Source: Candidatus Aenigmarchaeota archaeon LH_S7 (lineage in GTDB: Archaea > Aenigmatarchaeota > Aenigmatarchaeia > QMZS01). Taken from it: a stretch of 47,206 nucleotides of DNA. Below the pieces are notes generated by a model. That model ran no database searches. It saw only the letters and a program-made list of their open reading frames with translations, and was not told the DNA's origin. Positions 7,959-18,429 of this stretch are shown piece after piece; position 1 is the stretch's first letter; every line of letters starts with the position of its first letter. Location: positions 1-47,206 of the forward strand of contig JAGXOL010000005.1 of assembly GCA_023659895.1 (NCBI GenBank), read 5' to 3'. Position numbers and translations under genes: made by a program.

Positions 7959-8492
7959 ATGAAGGCTGAATTAATAAGATGTCTTAAGGCAGGAATTTTA
8001 TCTGGGATTATAATTGGGATTATTTTAGGTGTAGTTGGTGCATTATTTTTATATTCTTCTTTCCTTTCTACACAGTCTACCATACATGCTATTGGAGAAA
8101 TTTCTGGTGAAGGAGCTGGTATAATTGGTATAATGACACATGAAAATCTTGCAAAAGAAATGATTTTTAGTATTATTATAATTACATTAATTTCCGTGCC
8201 TATATCCTATCTCCTTGTAGCATTAATAATATCAGTTTTGTTATATTTATTAAACTCTAAACTAAAGTCTAAACTGACTTATACTAAAGTGATTATTGCT
8301 TACCTACTAATTTTTGGAATAATATCTTTTCCACTTTTTCAAAAAGAAGTTTTAGCTGCTATATTTATTATTTTAATATTTTCTTTACCTGGCTCTGTCT
8401 TATTTTATTATTTCTGGAAAAAATTTGAGACTAAAAAACCTAAAAACCATGACGAATCAAAAATTAAAGAACAGGAAGAAACATATGATTAA
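7959..8492 (+). CDS. Hypothetical membrane protein (about 4 TM)
   Basis: ORF with hydrophobic segments and a charged C-terminal tail. Confidence 0.7.
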   Translation: MKAELIRCLKAGILSGIIIGIILGVVGALFLYSSFLSTQSTIHAIGEISGEGAGIIGIMTHENLAKEMIFSIIIITLISVPISYLLVALIISVLLYLLNSKLKSKLTYTKVIIAYLLIFGIISFPLFQKEVLAAIFIILIFSLPGSVLFYYFWKKFETKKPKNHDESKIKEQEETYD

Positions 8493-8585
8493 ATATGGCC
8501 TCTACTATAACTTTATTTAAGAGAAAAAGAAACTTTGATTTAAATGTTTGTATTATTATATACTAATTTAAAATTTTATTAAATT

Positions 8586-9227
8586 ATGCAAGATGGAGAT
8601 TTCATTGAGATTGAATATACAGGAAAAATTAAGGAAAGTGGGGAGATTTTTGATGTAACAGATGAGAAAATAGCTAAGGAAAGGGGGATTCACAATGAAA
8701 AAGCAACATATGGTCCAATAAAGATTATTTTAGGTGAAAATTTCGTAGTTAAAGGCCTTGAAGAGGAACTAAAAAAAATGAATGCTGGAGAGCAAAAAGA
8801 AATCACAGTTAGCCCTGAGAAAAGTTTTGGGAACCGTGACCCTAAGTTTGTGAAAACTGTGCCTCAATCAGAATTCAAAAAACAGAACGTTACTCCTGCC
8901 CCTGGTCTTGTTGTTGATTTTGGGAACATGAAAGCAAAGATTCAATCTGTGAATTCAGGTCGTGTTAGATTAGATTTCAATCATCCTCTAGCAGGAAGAG
9001 ACCTTGTTTATGACGTGAAAATAAATAAAAAAATTGAGGATAAAAATGAAAAAATAAAATCAATCCTGGAATTCTTTGGTGCTGGAAAAGACAATTTTAA
9101 TATTAAAGAGAATGTTCTTGAAGTAGAGGAAAAAGAGACAATAAATGAAAAATCTAAGGAAAAAATCGCTGAAATGCTCAAGAAACATCTGAAATTTGAG
9201 AAAGTTAATTTTGTTAAGAGTTATTAA
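8586..9227 (+). CDS. slyD: FKBP-type peptidyl-prolyl isomerase (archaeal long-type, SlyD-like)
   Basis: GDFIEIEYTG, GEIFD, GLEEEL, PEKSFG.RDP, GRVRLDFNHPLAG. Confidence 0.92.
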   Translation: MQDGDFIEIEYTGKIKESGEIFDVTDEKIAKERGIHNEKATYGPIKIILGENFVVKGLEEELKKMNAGEQKEITVSPEKSFGNRDPKFVKTVPQSEFKKQNVTPAPGLVVDFGNMKAKIQSVNSGRVRLDFNHPLAGRDLVYDVKINKKIEDKNEKIKSILEFFGAGKDNFNIKENVLEVEEKETINEKSKEKIAEMLKKHLKFEKVNFVKSY

Positions 9228-9398
9228 TTTTCTAAGAAAAAATTCTTTATCATCCAGAATACAGTGTAAAGAACTTGTTAAGATTCATCCTGAAGGGATA
9301 TGGGAAGGAACAAAAGTTCCTCCTAAAGATAATGAAATATATGTGAAAGTTGAAATGAACAGACCAAAAAATAAAGTGGAATGAGTGTGAGAAACAAA

Positions 9399-10337
9399 TC
9401 AATCTCTTATCCCCTCATCTGTTACCTTGAAGACTGTTTCTGAATCTGGTAAGGATGGTGCATCTATCAATTTAGCAACTCTCTTCTGGTCCCTGCTCTT
9501 TCTCAAATATAATCTGAATGTTGCTGCATGTCCTAAAACGTGTCCTCCTATAGCTGATGTTGGGTCCCCGAACAAAACATCTGGACGAGCCATTACTTGA
9601 TTAGTTACATAAACAGCCAAATTATAAACCTCAGAGAATCTTTGTAGTTCATGCAAATGCCTGTTCAATTTTTGTTGTCTTGGAGCAAGCTCACCTCTAC
9701 CTGAATAATCTGACCTAAACAAAGAGGTTAATGAATCAACTATCAATAACTTAACATTCCCTTCCTTTACTTTTTCCTTTGCTTTCTCTATCAACAAAAG
9801 CTGATGGTCAGAGTTGTAAGCTCTTGCCACAAAAACATTCTTCAATGTTTTTTGAGGATCTAAACCCAAAGCTTTTGCTATTTGCTCTATCCTCTCAGGT
9901 CTGAAAGTGTTTTCTGTGTCTACAAACAAAGCTTTTCCTTCTAAACCTCCTTTATCTTTTGGGAGTTGCACATTAACTACTAGTTGGAAAGCTAACTGAG
10001 ATTTGGAACTTCCATATGCACCGTGAGTTTCTGTAATAGATCCTGTTTCCACACCACCTCCACCAATCAAATTATCTAGATTCTTACTTCCTGTAGTTAT
10101 TCTACCTATTTGCTTTCTTTTTTCATAAATCGTATCTGCAGTGTCGAAACCCATCTCCACAGTACTCCTCGCGCTTTCAATGATTTTTTCTGCGGTGCCT
10201 TCTCCAACACCCACAGCATCACAAATTTCTCCCACAGAAGATGCTGCAATAGACATTAAATCATTATACCCTGCTTCTGTCAACTTTTCCGCGGTTTTAT
10301 CTCCAATTCCAGGCAGGTTTTTTAGTTCTTTCACCAT
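9399..10337 (-). CDS. radA: DNA repair and recombination protein RadA
   Basis: N-terminal HhH LPGIG, Walker A region [47 protein letters not shown]. Confidence 0.95.
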   Translation of the reverse strand: MVKELKNLPGIGDKTAEKLTEAGYNDLMSIAASSVGEICDAVGVGEGTAEKIIESARSTVEMGFDTADTIYEKRKQIGRITTGSKNLDNLIGGGGVETGSITETHGAYGSSKSQLAFQLVVNVQLPKDKGGLEGKALFVDTENTFRPERIEQIAKALGLDPQKTLKNVFVARAYNSDHQLLLIEKAKEKVKEGNVKLLIVDSLTSLFRSDYSGRGELAPRQQKLNRHLHELQRFSEVYNLAVYVTNQVMARPDVLFGDPTSAIGGHVLGHAATFRLYLRKSRDQKRVAKLIDAPSLPDSETVFKVTDEGIRD

Positions 10338-10573
10338 AATTTGATGAAATTATAAATAAGAGGAAAATTTTTATCCTCACCATAAATGATTGGGTATTAT
10401 AGTAAATAAAAAGAAACCAAAACTGGCAAACTCATCATCTATGTTCCATTAACACAAATATTGACAATAATCATTGATAGCACTATCTTTAGAAGATGAA
10501 ACTTAGCTTTACAAAAACCCAACTATTTAATTATCTAATTTTACTTATGTTTATAATAATAATATAAAAAGTT

Positions 10574-10954
10574 ATGGATTTAAATAAAGTTAAAATAAAA
10601 GAAAGAGTTGCAGATGAAAATTATGATGAATTTTATAGAAATTATAAAAACAAAAATTTGAGAGAGGCTTCCAAATATTTATGGGTGTGTATAAAATCTC
10701 TTGTTTGTGCTTTAGGGTTATATGAAAATAAAGAGATAAAGTCTCAGGAGGAAGTTATATATTTCCTTAATGAATTAACAAGCAGTGGAGAAATCACAAA
10801 AGAGGAAGTTGATACCGTAAGAGCTATACATATTAATTTTCTTAGAAATACAATGGATGAACAAATTTTTGAAGTATATAGAGAAAGAACAGAAAGATTA
10901 ATAAATAAATTAAAAAATATATTGAAGGACAAGATAATGAGTTCTGGATTATGA
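10574..10954 (+). CDS. PaREP1/HEPN-like protein
   Basis: LREASKYLW...AIHINF pattern resembles the PaREP1 QASEKxW...LHxNF motifs. Confidence 0.6.
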   Translation: MDLNKVKIKERVADENYDEFYRNYKNKNLREASKYLWVCIKSLVCALGLYENKEIKSQEEVIYFLNELTSSGEITKEEVDTVRAIHINFLRNTMDEQIFEVYRERTERLINKLKNILKDKIMSSGL

Positions 10955-11490
10955 CAAAGGGTATAACAGGTTCTGTTTCTATATGGATGTGGATTGTTGG
11001 CGGAGTGATTGCAGGACTTATACTTTTTACAATCGCTTACTCACAGTTAACACAAACAACACAGTCTATGGTAAAACAAAGAAGTTTGGAGCAATACGAA
11101 GAACTATTTAACCAAATAAATGGATTATGTTGGAGTTTCTCTGAAAATGTTAGGGAATATTCATTAATTTTAGATGAAAGTGTAAGAGGAATCTATTTGA
11201 CTTCAGATAAATATATAGAAATTAATAATTCACAATTCATTGAATATATATCAGATGAGAACATATCTTCTGGATATTATTTATGTATTAAAGTAGAAGG
11301 AAAGAGAACTAATTGCAAAAAATTAGATTGTACAGCAAAGATGCCTTATCTTGGTGCTATACCAACAAAGTTCTCTTTAAGAGCATTACTGAATAAAATT
11401 AGGGGTAATTACGAAAAATTTGAATACACTTTAGAACTTGTGAAAGAAGGAGACTTAGTTAATATAACCAAAAAATATGGGCCTCAATGA
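10951..11490 (+). CDS. Secreted/membrane-anchored protein with possible class III (pilin-like) signal peptide
   Basis: MTKG|ITGSVSIWMWIVGGVIAGLILF N-terminus; small Cys-containing ectodomain. Confidence 0.55.
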   Translation: MTKGITGSVSIWMWIVGGVIAGLILFTIAYSQLTQTTQSMVKQRSLEQYEELFNQINGLCWSFSENVREYSLILDESVRGIYLTSDKYIEINNSQFIEYISDENISSGYYLCIKVEGKRTNCKKLDCTAKMPYLGAIPTKFSLRALLNKIRGNYEKFEYTLELVKEGDLVNITKKYGPQ

Positions 11491-12241
11491 ATACATTATT
11501 GTTGTCGGTATAATTATTGTTGGGGTAATCTTTTTTCTTGCTATACAAACCTATGTTATGAGTAGTACAAAAGAAACTTTTGAATATGGAATTCAGGGAA
11601 CTGCTGATAGAATTTGTTGTGTATTAGAAAGACTTTCTGCTGAATCATCTTATACTAGATATTGCTTGAATATATCTTTGAGTGATTTAAAAGTTGAACA
11701 AGGTTATTTAACCTTTAAGCAAAGAGAAGAAAGTTATATTTTACCGGTTCCAAAAGAGGTTAAGAATACAGATTTAAAAGAAATTGCAACTGTCTGTTTT
11801 GTACATTCTCCAAGTGGAGAAATAAGTATTTATGGAGAAACTCTTGCTTGTGATATGGATACAATCTGTACAATAGATGAATGCAAAGAAGACTGCCAAG
11901 ATTGTTATGGCCCAGATTCTATCTGTATTGGAGATGGTTTTTGCAATCCTTATATTAGAGAGAACTGTGATACCTCCCCAGAAGACTGTAACTGCTCAGA
12001 TAAAAACCCTACTTATATTTGTTGTCCCTCTGACCTAGTAGCAGATGATTTTGGTTGTGTCAATGAAACCAGGCAAAATTTATCAAAAAGTAAAGAATGT
12101 TTTTGTAATAATGAATGTAACTCAACAGCGAACTTAACTTGCAATCCTACTACACCAACTTTCACTGATTTTAACAATTCTAAAGCAATACTAACAATAA
12201 TGTTTGAAGATATAGGAAATAAAATAATTATCAAAAATTAA
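11477..12241 (+). CDS. Membrane-anchored Cys-rich protein, probably C-terminally truncated
   Basis: N-terminal TM; CxGDGFC..ENC..P.DC repeats; abrupt compositional change after CNPTTPTFTD. Confidence 0.6.
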   Translation: MGLNEYIIVVGIIIVGVIFFLAIQTYVMSSTKETFEYGIQGTADRICCVLERLSAESSYTRYCLNISLSDLKVEQGYLTFKQREESYILPVPKEVKNTDLKEIATVCFVHSPSGEISIYGETLACDMDTICTIDECKEDCQDCYGPDSICIGDGFCNPYIRENCDTSPEDCNCSDKNPTYICCPSDLVADDFGCVNETRQNLSKSKECFCNNECNSTANLTCNPTTPTFTDFNNSKAILTIMFEDIGNKIIIKN

Positions 12242-12304
12242 GAAACTGATTTGGTAGCAAGATTTTTTAGTTCTTTCATAATTCAACAAAATATTAATTT
12301 ATAG

Positions 12305-13258
12305 TTAGGGATTTTCAGTAGATTCTCTATTAAATTTACCAACTTTAAAAAATATATAGGAAAATATCCCTGAGATAGGTGCAAATAATATGCTCCTTAA
12401 AAATTCCAAGACAACCCATATACCAAAACTCATGAAAATAGGGAACCAGGTATATAAAGATTCCACAATTAAAGAATTTTCTATATTAGCTTCAACAACT
12501 CCACTCATGTTAATATCCTCTGTGGAAAAAGTACTATTAATAGAGTTCCTTAATTTTTTCTCTATTTCTGAGTATTGTTCCTCAGTTAAATTTGGGTACT
12601 GCTCTCTCACTTCTTTCATTCTTTTTTGAATTATATCATCTTTAACGTCTCCTTCTTGAATATTATTAACTTCAGAACTAATTATATTTCCCAAGCTTGA
12701 AGTTGTAGTATTCATAAAAGATTTTTGATAACTGTTATCCAAAGAGTAGGTTACAAAAGAACCCGCAAAAACTAACAAAAACAAAATGAAAAGCGCTTTA
12801 GAAACAGCATGACTACCTACCCTGAAGTGCTTCCACTTTTTTAATTCTCTCTCGTAGGTTTCTCCAAGAGGTATGACATAAACGCTTACTATATACAAAC
12901 CGAGACAAAAGAAGATGAATAATATTGAGAAATTAAACAAAAATCCAAAAGGCAAGAAAATCAAAATTAGGAAATATCTCAAATCTCCTAGTTTATTAAC
13001 AGAAAGGAAAGCTAGCCCACAAGAAAAAAATATTATTGCAAATAAAAAAATAAAGAAAGGTTCAAAATAAGTTAGTAAGAAATCTGTTATTGATAAATTT
13101 TGAATTTTTAAAATGAATAATTCTACTAGTCTTGATTGAAAAACTGTTATGTAACTTAAGCTAAGTTTACTAAAATACAAAATAAAAAATCCAATAGAAT
13201 ATAAAACCGATACAAACACAAATTTAAAAATCTCTAGATTAAAGAACTTATTTTCCAT
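12305..13258 (-). CDS. Hypothetical polytopic membrane protein
   Basis: About 6-7 TM helices; overlaps the upstream gene end. Confidence 0.75.
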   Translation of the reverse strand: MENKFFNLEIFKFVFVSVLYSIGFFILYFSKLSLSYITVFQSRLVELFILKIQNLSITDFLLTYFEPFFIFLFAIIFFSCGLAFLSVNKLGDLRYFLILIFLPFGFLFNFSILFIFFCLGLYIVSVYVIPLGETYERELKKWKHFRVGSHAVSKALFILFLLVFAGSFVTYSLDNSYQKSFMNTTTSSLGNIISSEVNNIQEGDVKDDIIQKRMKEVREQYPNLTEEQYSEIEKKLRNSINSTFSTEDINMSGVVEANIENSLIVESLYTWFPIFMSFGIWVVLEFLRSILFAPISGIFSYIFFKVGKFNRESTENP

Positions 13259-16200
13259 ATTTATTTTTCTTTAAATCATTGTAATACTTTCTCCATTCTT
13301 TTAGTTTCTTCTTCCTCAAAACTTCATCCTGGCTTTTCCCTTTTTTGAATTTCTTCATTAAAGGATTTAATACAGAATTGATAGTGGTTTTTATTTTATC
13401 AGCAAAACTACTTCCTCCTTCAAATTTGTAGATTTTCTTTATATAAGCTCTCTTTTTAGGGATAATATAAGTATAAGCTAAGATAACCCCTAACAAAACT
13501 ATTACTAATGTTATGATCACAATCAAAAAAAGATTTCCTTCCTCACTCTGTATGTCTTCTTCTTGCAACCCTGTACTCAAACTTGAATAAGTTGAGGTTG
13601 CGGATTTAATCTCACTCTTTGCTTCTATGTAATCCTCCCTCTCAATACAATCTTTTATCTTTTTTAAGCTATTGTTCAAACTGCTTGCTTGTTGTTCTAA
13701 TGAAGAGATATTCTTACCTTGATTTTTTGCATCCTCTAATCTTTTTGTTAAGTTTTCATATTTAGCTAAGAGTTCCAAATACTGATTATTTATATTCTCC
13801 TTTTCCTGTTCACAAGGTTTAATTGTAAGTTTCAAAGCTTTTGAGAAATCCTTCTCATCGGAAATTATTCTTAAAGTTTTTTCTTTTACTCCAATTTCCT
13901 CATTTTTAGAAATTGAAAAATTTATTTCATATTCTTTTTCTGTGTTTTTGGACAAATTAATCTTTGCTGAGGGGATTATGATTATACCAGATAATTCAGG
14001 GTATAAATTGTGTAACTTTCTTTCACCTGTATTTTTTATTTTGAATTTTTTTGTTAACTGCTCTCCTTGCGTAATTGTTACATTTGTTAGATTTATAAAT
14101 TCAATAGAGAGTTTATAAACAGTTAAAGTAATTGATTTTGTTTTGTTTTTCTCATCAGAAATTGCTTTTAAAGTTAAAGAATAATCTTTTGCTTCGAAAT
14201 CTTCCGGAATTGAAAAATTTACATCAAAATCAAGAGTGGAACCTACATCCAAATCTCTTTCAGTTGTTGGTGTAATTGAATAATAACTTGAATTTAACCC
14301 TATTAATTTTAAAGATAAATCGTGCAGTTTTGCATCTCCTGTATTTTTTATTTTTACATCCAAATCAGTACTTTCACCCTGATTAATTGTAAGTGTTGAA
14401 GAAGTTGGTTTCTCAAATGAAAGGTCATAGTTTGTTAAATTTCCGCCATCACCATCTTCACCATCTCCATCTGAAGGAGGACTTGTTATTGTTATGTCAC
14501 CAATTTTTCCACTTTTCCACCAAGCCCCACAATCTCCACCATTACAAGTAGAATTTCTGACACCTGTTAAATTGATATATATATTTTTATCTCCTGTAGA
14601 AGAAAAAGAAAAAGAATCTGATTCGCAAGTAATATGAGAGTTATCATTTATTGTTTTTGAGGAACAATCTGTCGATTTCTCTTCATTTGCTGCAATAACA
14701 TTGACATCAACATTGGAAGCGGGCCAAGTTCCGTCGTTTTCTATTTTTACATGAACTTTGAATGAAGAATTTACTTGTTTTGAATCTGGGGTATCTTCAC
14801 CTAAAGAAGCAACTAAGTTTCCATATTTAACTACAACATTCTGCTCTTTAGTTTTATTAAATCTTCCATCATCAGAGTAAGCAGTTATGTTTATTGTGTA
14901 ATCTCCTTTTATAGTCCCATTCAGATTCCAAGTTGTTGAGTTTAAACTTGTGTTATTTATATTTCCTATTGAGGTACAGTTGCTTGAATCTGTGTTTATT
15001 ATATTCTCAGGCAACTCCAAACAAACCGTAATATTATCTGCACTTAAGTTTCCTAGTTTAGAAACATTTACTTCAAAGTCAAAAGGATGGGTTTTGACAA
15101 TTGAACTTAAATCACTTGTTACATTTAAATTCAGATTGTTTAATAGCTTAAAAGTTAAATTTATATCTGCTGTGTTTTTTGCAGGGTCACTTAGATTTCC
15201 TAAAATTGTATAATTCTTTCCTTCGGTTAAATTTGTTGTATTTACTTGTCCAGAAAACAAACCCCCTGAAACATTAAAAGTTAAATTCTGCAAAACCTGT
15301 GAATTATTGGTTGAATTCACTAAACTTAAATTGTATTGTTTAGAAGAGTTCCAAAATTTACCAACAGTCTGGTTGTCATAGAAATAAACAGAAAAATTTA
15401 TCTGGGTTAAGTTATCTGATTCAAGATAATAAACTCTGTTTATTTTGTTTAATCTTGGCAGGGTTTGATTTGTTACATTAAGATTTAAAGTCAAATTTAA
15501 GTGAGTATAAGGCTGACCATTGGAAGAATTTAAATAAACCCAGCCCACAAAAGTCTTATTTGTATAAGATGAATTTTCTGGGGGTTCTATAGTTATATTT
15601 AAGTAGCCTGTTCCTCCAGCAGAAACATTTTCATCTAAAGAAATGTTTGTGAAGTTTAAGCTCAGTCCTCCTCCAGACAAATTTGTTGAATTTTCCTGGT
15701 TTAGATTTGTTAAACCTAAACCGCCTGTGTTGTTTATCAGGAAGCTAAAGGTTTTTTTCTGGTTTAAATTTATAAACAAATTTCTTGCTGTGTTGTAAGT
15801 TTCTGTTTCTCCAGATTCTAAAGATTGATTTCCAATATAATAGTTATCTGTCCACTTTGGTCTGAGTTTTAAAATTGGTGCTGAAAGGTTTATGTTTAGA
15901 TTTATAGACTGGTTATTGTTTGTTGCTGTGATATTTATAACACTGTTATAATTTCCATTCACAACCCGATTTTCAGGAGAACTCAGGTTAAAGTAAACAA
16001 GGGACCTGCTTTTATTTGTCAAATTTCCCAATTCTGTAATATTGTTTCCTGATAAATGAATTGTTAGATTATAAGTAAAATTTGCTGAAGTGTTTGTGTT
16101 ATCTACCGAAACATTCCAATACCACTCTGAAATATTTGTTGTGTATAAAGATGCTGTTCCGTTTGAAGTATTTGTTGAATTTATCAAATCTTTTGTTGAA

Positions 16201-16859
16201 TTATATAAAGACAAATTAATATAATCTTCTGCATTTGAAACTAAAGAGACATTTATTGAATTAACAGAATTGTTGTCAACATAGAAACTCCAGTTTTTTT
16301 CAGTATTGTTCCCAATTGTTTTGTTCTCAAATTTATGATTAATATCAATAAAATTTATTTTAAATCTATTATCCAAAAGCTTGATTGTTAGGTTGAATGT
16401 TTCATCACTAGTAGAAACATTTTCTCCGAAAATAGATGCTTTCCAAACTCCATAAGAGACATTATTTGCTCCTAGTCTTATTATCTGGCTTTCAGAACCT
16501 GAGCTATTAAAATAAGTCTGGCTCTGGTTTCTCAAATTTGTCAGGTTAATAGTCAAATTATTATAGGAGTTTGTCCAGCTCAAGTTCGCTGTTAGATTAC
16601 TGGAGCGAGGGATAATGAAAGTCAAGTTGCTGTAGCTTCTATTAGAAATAGTTTGGTTGTTCCAACCATAAACTAAATAATTATTTCCTGTGCTCAAAGA
16701 AACGTTTTCTGTGGTGTTGGTTGAGATATTAAATGAAGATGATGCTGGGGAACTCACGTTCAAAGAAATAGGGGATGAACTAGTAACATTTAAAGCTGAA
16801 AAAACTGGATTAATTAACAAAATAGCTAAAAAAAGCAATAGAAAAACTTCTTTCCTCAT
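13248..16859 (-). CDS. Large surface glycoprotein (Ig-like/CARDB/NEW3-type repeats, coiled coil, C-terminal TM)
   Basis: Signal peptide, many NxS/T sequons, KIKNTG..LH.L repeats, C-terminal TM followed by a basic tail. Confidence 0.8.
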   Translation of the reverse strand: MRKEVFLLLFLAILLINPVFSALNVTSSSPISLNVSSPASSSFNISTNTTENVSLSTGNNYLVYGWNNQTISNRSYSNLTFIIPRSSNLTANLSWTNSYNNLTINLTNLRNQSQTYFNSSGSESQIIRLGANNVSYGVWKASIFGENVSTSDETFNLTIKLLDNRFKINFIDINHKFENKTIGNNTEKNWSFYVDNNSVNSINVSLVSNAEDYINLSLYNSTKDLINSTNTSNGTASLYTTNISEWYWNVSVDNTNTSANFTYNLTIHLSGNNITELGNLTNKSRSLVYFNLSSPENRVVNGNYNSVINITATNNNQSINLNINLSAPILKLRPKWTDNYYIGNQSLESGETETYNTARNLFINLNQKKTFSFLINNTGGLGLTNLNQENSTNLSGGGLSLNFTNISLDENVSAGGTGYLNITIEPPENSSYTNKTFVGWVYLNSSNGQPYTHLNLTLNLNVTNQTLPRLNKINRVYYLESDNLTQINFSVYFYDNQTVGKFWNSSKQYNLSLVNSTNNSQVLQNLTFNVSGGLFSGQVNTTNLTEGKNYTILGNLSDPAKNTADINLTFKLLNNLNLNVTSDLSSIVKTHPFDFEVNVSKLGNLSADNITVCLELPENIINTDSSNCTSIGNINNTSLNSTTWNLNGTIKGDYTINITAYSDDGRFNKTKEQNVVVKYGNLVASLGEDTPDSKQVNSSFKVHVKIENDGTWPASNVDVNVIAANEEKSTDCSSKTINDNSHITCESDSFSFSSTGDKNIYINLTGVRNSTCNGGDCGAWWKSGKIGDITITSPPSDGDGEDGDGGNLTNYDLSFEKPTSSTLTINQGESTDLDVKIKNTGDAKLHDLSLKLIGLNSSYYSITPTTERDLDVGSTLDFDVNFSIPEDFEAKDYSLTLKAISDEKNKTKSITLTVYKLSIEFINLTNVTITQGEQLTKKFKIKNTGERKLHNLYPELSGIIIIPSAKINLSKNTEKEYEINFSISKNEEIGVKEKTLRIISDEKDFSKALKLTIKPCEQEKENINNQYLELLAKYENLTKRLEDAKNQGKNISSLEQQASSLNNSLKKIKDCIEREDYIEAKSEIKSATSTYSSLSTGLQEEDIQSEEGNLFLIVIITLVIVLLGVILAYTYIIPKKRAYIKKIYKFEGGSSFADKIKTTINSVLNPLMKKFKKGKSQDEVLRKKKLKEWRKYYNDLKKNKYGK

Positions 16860-16885
16860 ATAATAAATATTAAAAAATTAAAATA

Positions 16886-18412
16886 CTATTCTATTTCAAA
16901 ATCTAGAAAAATAGGCGCATTTATCTTTATTTTCTTGTTTTTGCTAGTGATATAATTCTCTATTTCTTTCCTTATTTTTAAATTTATTGAAGGCAAGGTC
17001 TCAGAATACTTTATAGTGTATTTTCCCTTCTTTTTTTGATCTACTAGCCATGCAAAATAGTTTGAGATTGCATCAATGAAAGAGCACACTCTTATCCCTT
17101 CTTTTTCTATTTTCTCAAATTTCTTCTCACCTGGTTTTATTGCAAGTATATTTCCCTCATAAACATAAAGTTCATTTAGTCCTCCTGGTCCTAATAATTT
17201 CTTTCCTTCCTCAGGCTCAATCACAGAAAGTTTCACCTTATTGCTGTAAATCTCCTTTTTTGTTTCTCCAATTAAATCCTGGTTATCCAAAATTCCTTTC
17301 TTTATAATATTTACTAGTTTTTTACCTTCCTTTGTAGTTGGCTTTTTAATAAATTCAATGCCTTCAGCAATTTCCTTGTTAGAGTACTCTGCCTCACTGT
17401 ATTCCTCAGGATAATAAAGTTCTCTTATGTCATCTATTCCTTCTCGTGCCATCACAATCCTACCCAAGCCAAGACCTATATTAAACACAGGATATTTTAT
17501 TTTGTAGTTCGCTAATGAAATTGGGGAATACATTCCCATCTCAGCAACCTCTATCTCCTCATCCTTAAATTTAACAAAGACCTCCAAATTCGTGTTCTTA
17601 GCATAATAAGCTGGCTCATTAGGTTTTTTTCTGAATTTAATCCCTTTAAAGCCAAGCTTTTTCAGAATTTTTTCTGTGATCTCCTTACCATTTTCTATCT
17701 TGAAATTCTCATCCAACACAACCAAAGTAAAGTTCATGTGTGCTTTCAAGTGGCTTTTGTCCTCCTTCTGCTCTCTCCTATATCTCCAAGGTAAAGCAAA
17801 CAACATTATTGGATGTTCCTTTTTCTCCTGTAATCTAGCTAACACAGGGAACCAAGCTGTTGTAGCATGGGAAATTAAGGATAATTTTGTGGGCTTTGGC
17901 TTGATATTCTTCATCTCAGGAAAAACCTCATTAATCATGTGTATTGCATCTGATGTGGAAATTTTTAGTTCTGTTACCAAGCTCTCAGTAAAGTCTTCTC
18001 CCCCTTCTATTTCCCCTCTTTTATATCTCATCAAAATGTCCTGTAATTTATCAAATTTGTTGAATTTTGGAATTCTCTTCTTAATTAAATTCTTCTTCTT
18101 ATCAGATAATCCAATATCTGGTCTTGGCAAGGTTGCCAAATAGTAAATCCTATCTAAGATTGCTCCTGATTCAGGACCATATTGCTTCGAGACTTCTTCA
18201 TAAGGTTGTATTTGCTGCAGGATTACCTCATCAAAACCTAGTTCAAGCAGGACCTTCCTTATCTTCATTATATGCTTGTACAACAAGTGCTCTTTACCTT
18301 TCTCTTTCTTTGGCTTGAATTTTCCTTTTCCCTCTAGCTGCTTAGAGGATTCTCTCCAAGTTTTTTCCCAGTCTTTTTCCCCTTTTTTCTTTAGATTTTC
18401 TGGTTGAAACAT
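16886..18412 (-). CDS. sepS: O-phosphoseryl-tRNA synthetase (SepRS), divergent
   Basis: GKEH..LLELGFDEV, KQYGPESGAILDRIYYLATLPRPDIGLS, SHATTAWF, YRREQKED.SHL, GMYSP..L..Y.I.YPV.NIGLG, EPEEGKKLLGP. Confidence 0.88.
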   Translation of the reverse strand: MFQPENLKKKGEKDWEKTWRESSKQLEGKGKFKPKKEKGKEHLLYKHIMKIRKVLLELGFDEVILQQIQPYEEVSKQYGPESGAILDRIYYLATLPRPDIGLSDKKKNLIKKRIPKFNKFDKLQDILMRYKRGEIEGGEDFTESLVTELKISTSDAIHMINEVFPEMKNIKPKPTKLSLISHATTAWFPVLARLQEKKEHPIMLFALPWRYRREQKEDKSHLKAHMNFTLVVLDENFKIENGKEITEKILKKLGFKGIKFRKKPNEPAYYAKNTNLEVFVKFKDEEIEVAEMGMYSPISLANYKIKYPVFNIGLGLGRIVMAREGIDDIRELYYPEEYSEAEYSNKEIAEGIEFIKKPTTKEGKKLVNIIKKGILDNQDLIGETKKEIYSNKVKLSVIEPEEGKKLLGPGGLNELYVYEGNILAIKPGEKKFEKIEKEGIRVCSFIDAISNYFAWLVDQKKKGKYTIKYSETLPSINLKIRKEIENYITSKNKKIKINAPIFLDFEIE

Positions 18413-18429
18413 AAAATTTTAATATTTAA

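Noticed and set aside
9196-9384. 62-aa ORF between FKBP and radA
   Set aside because: TTG start overlapping FKBP and no motif; at most a gene fragment that I cannot identify.
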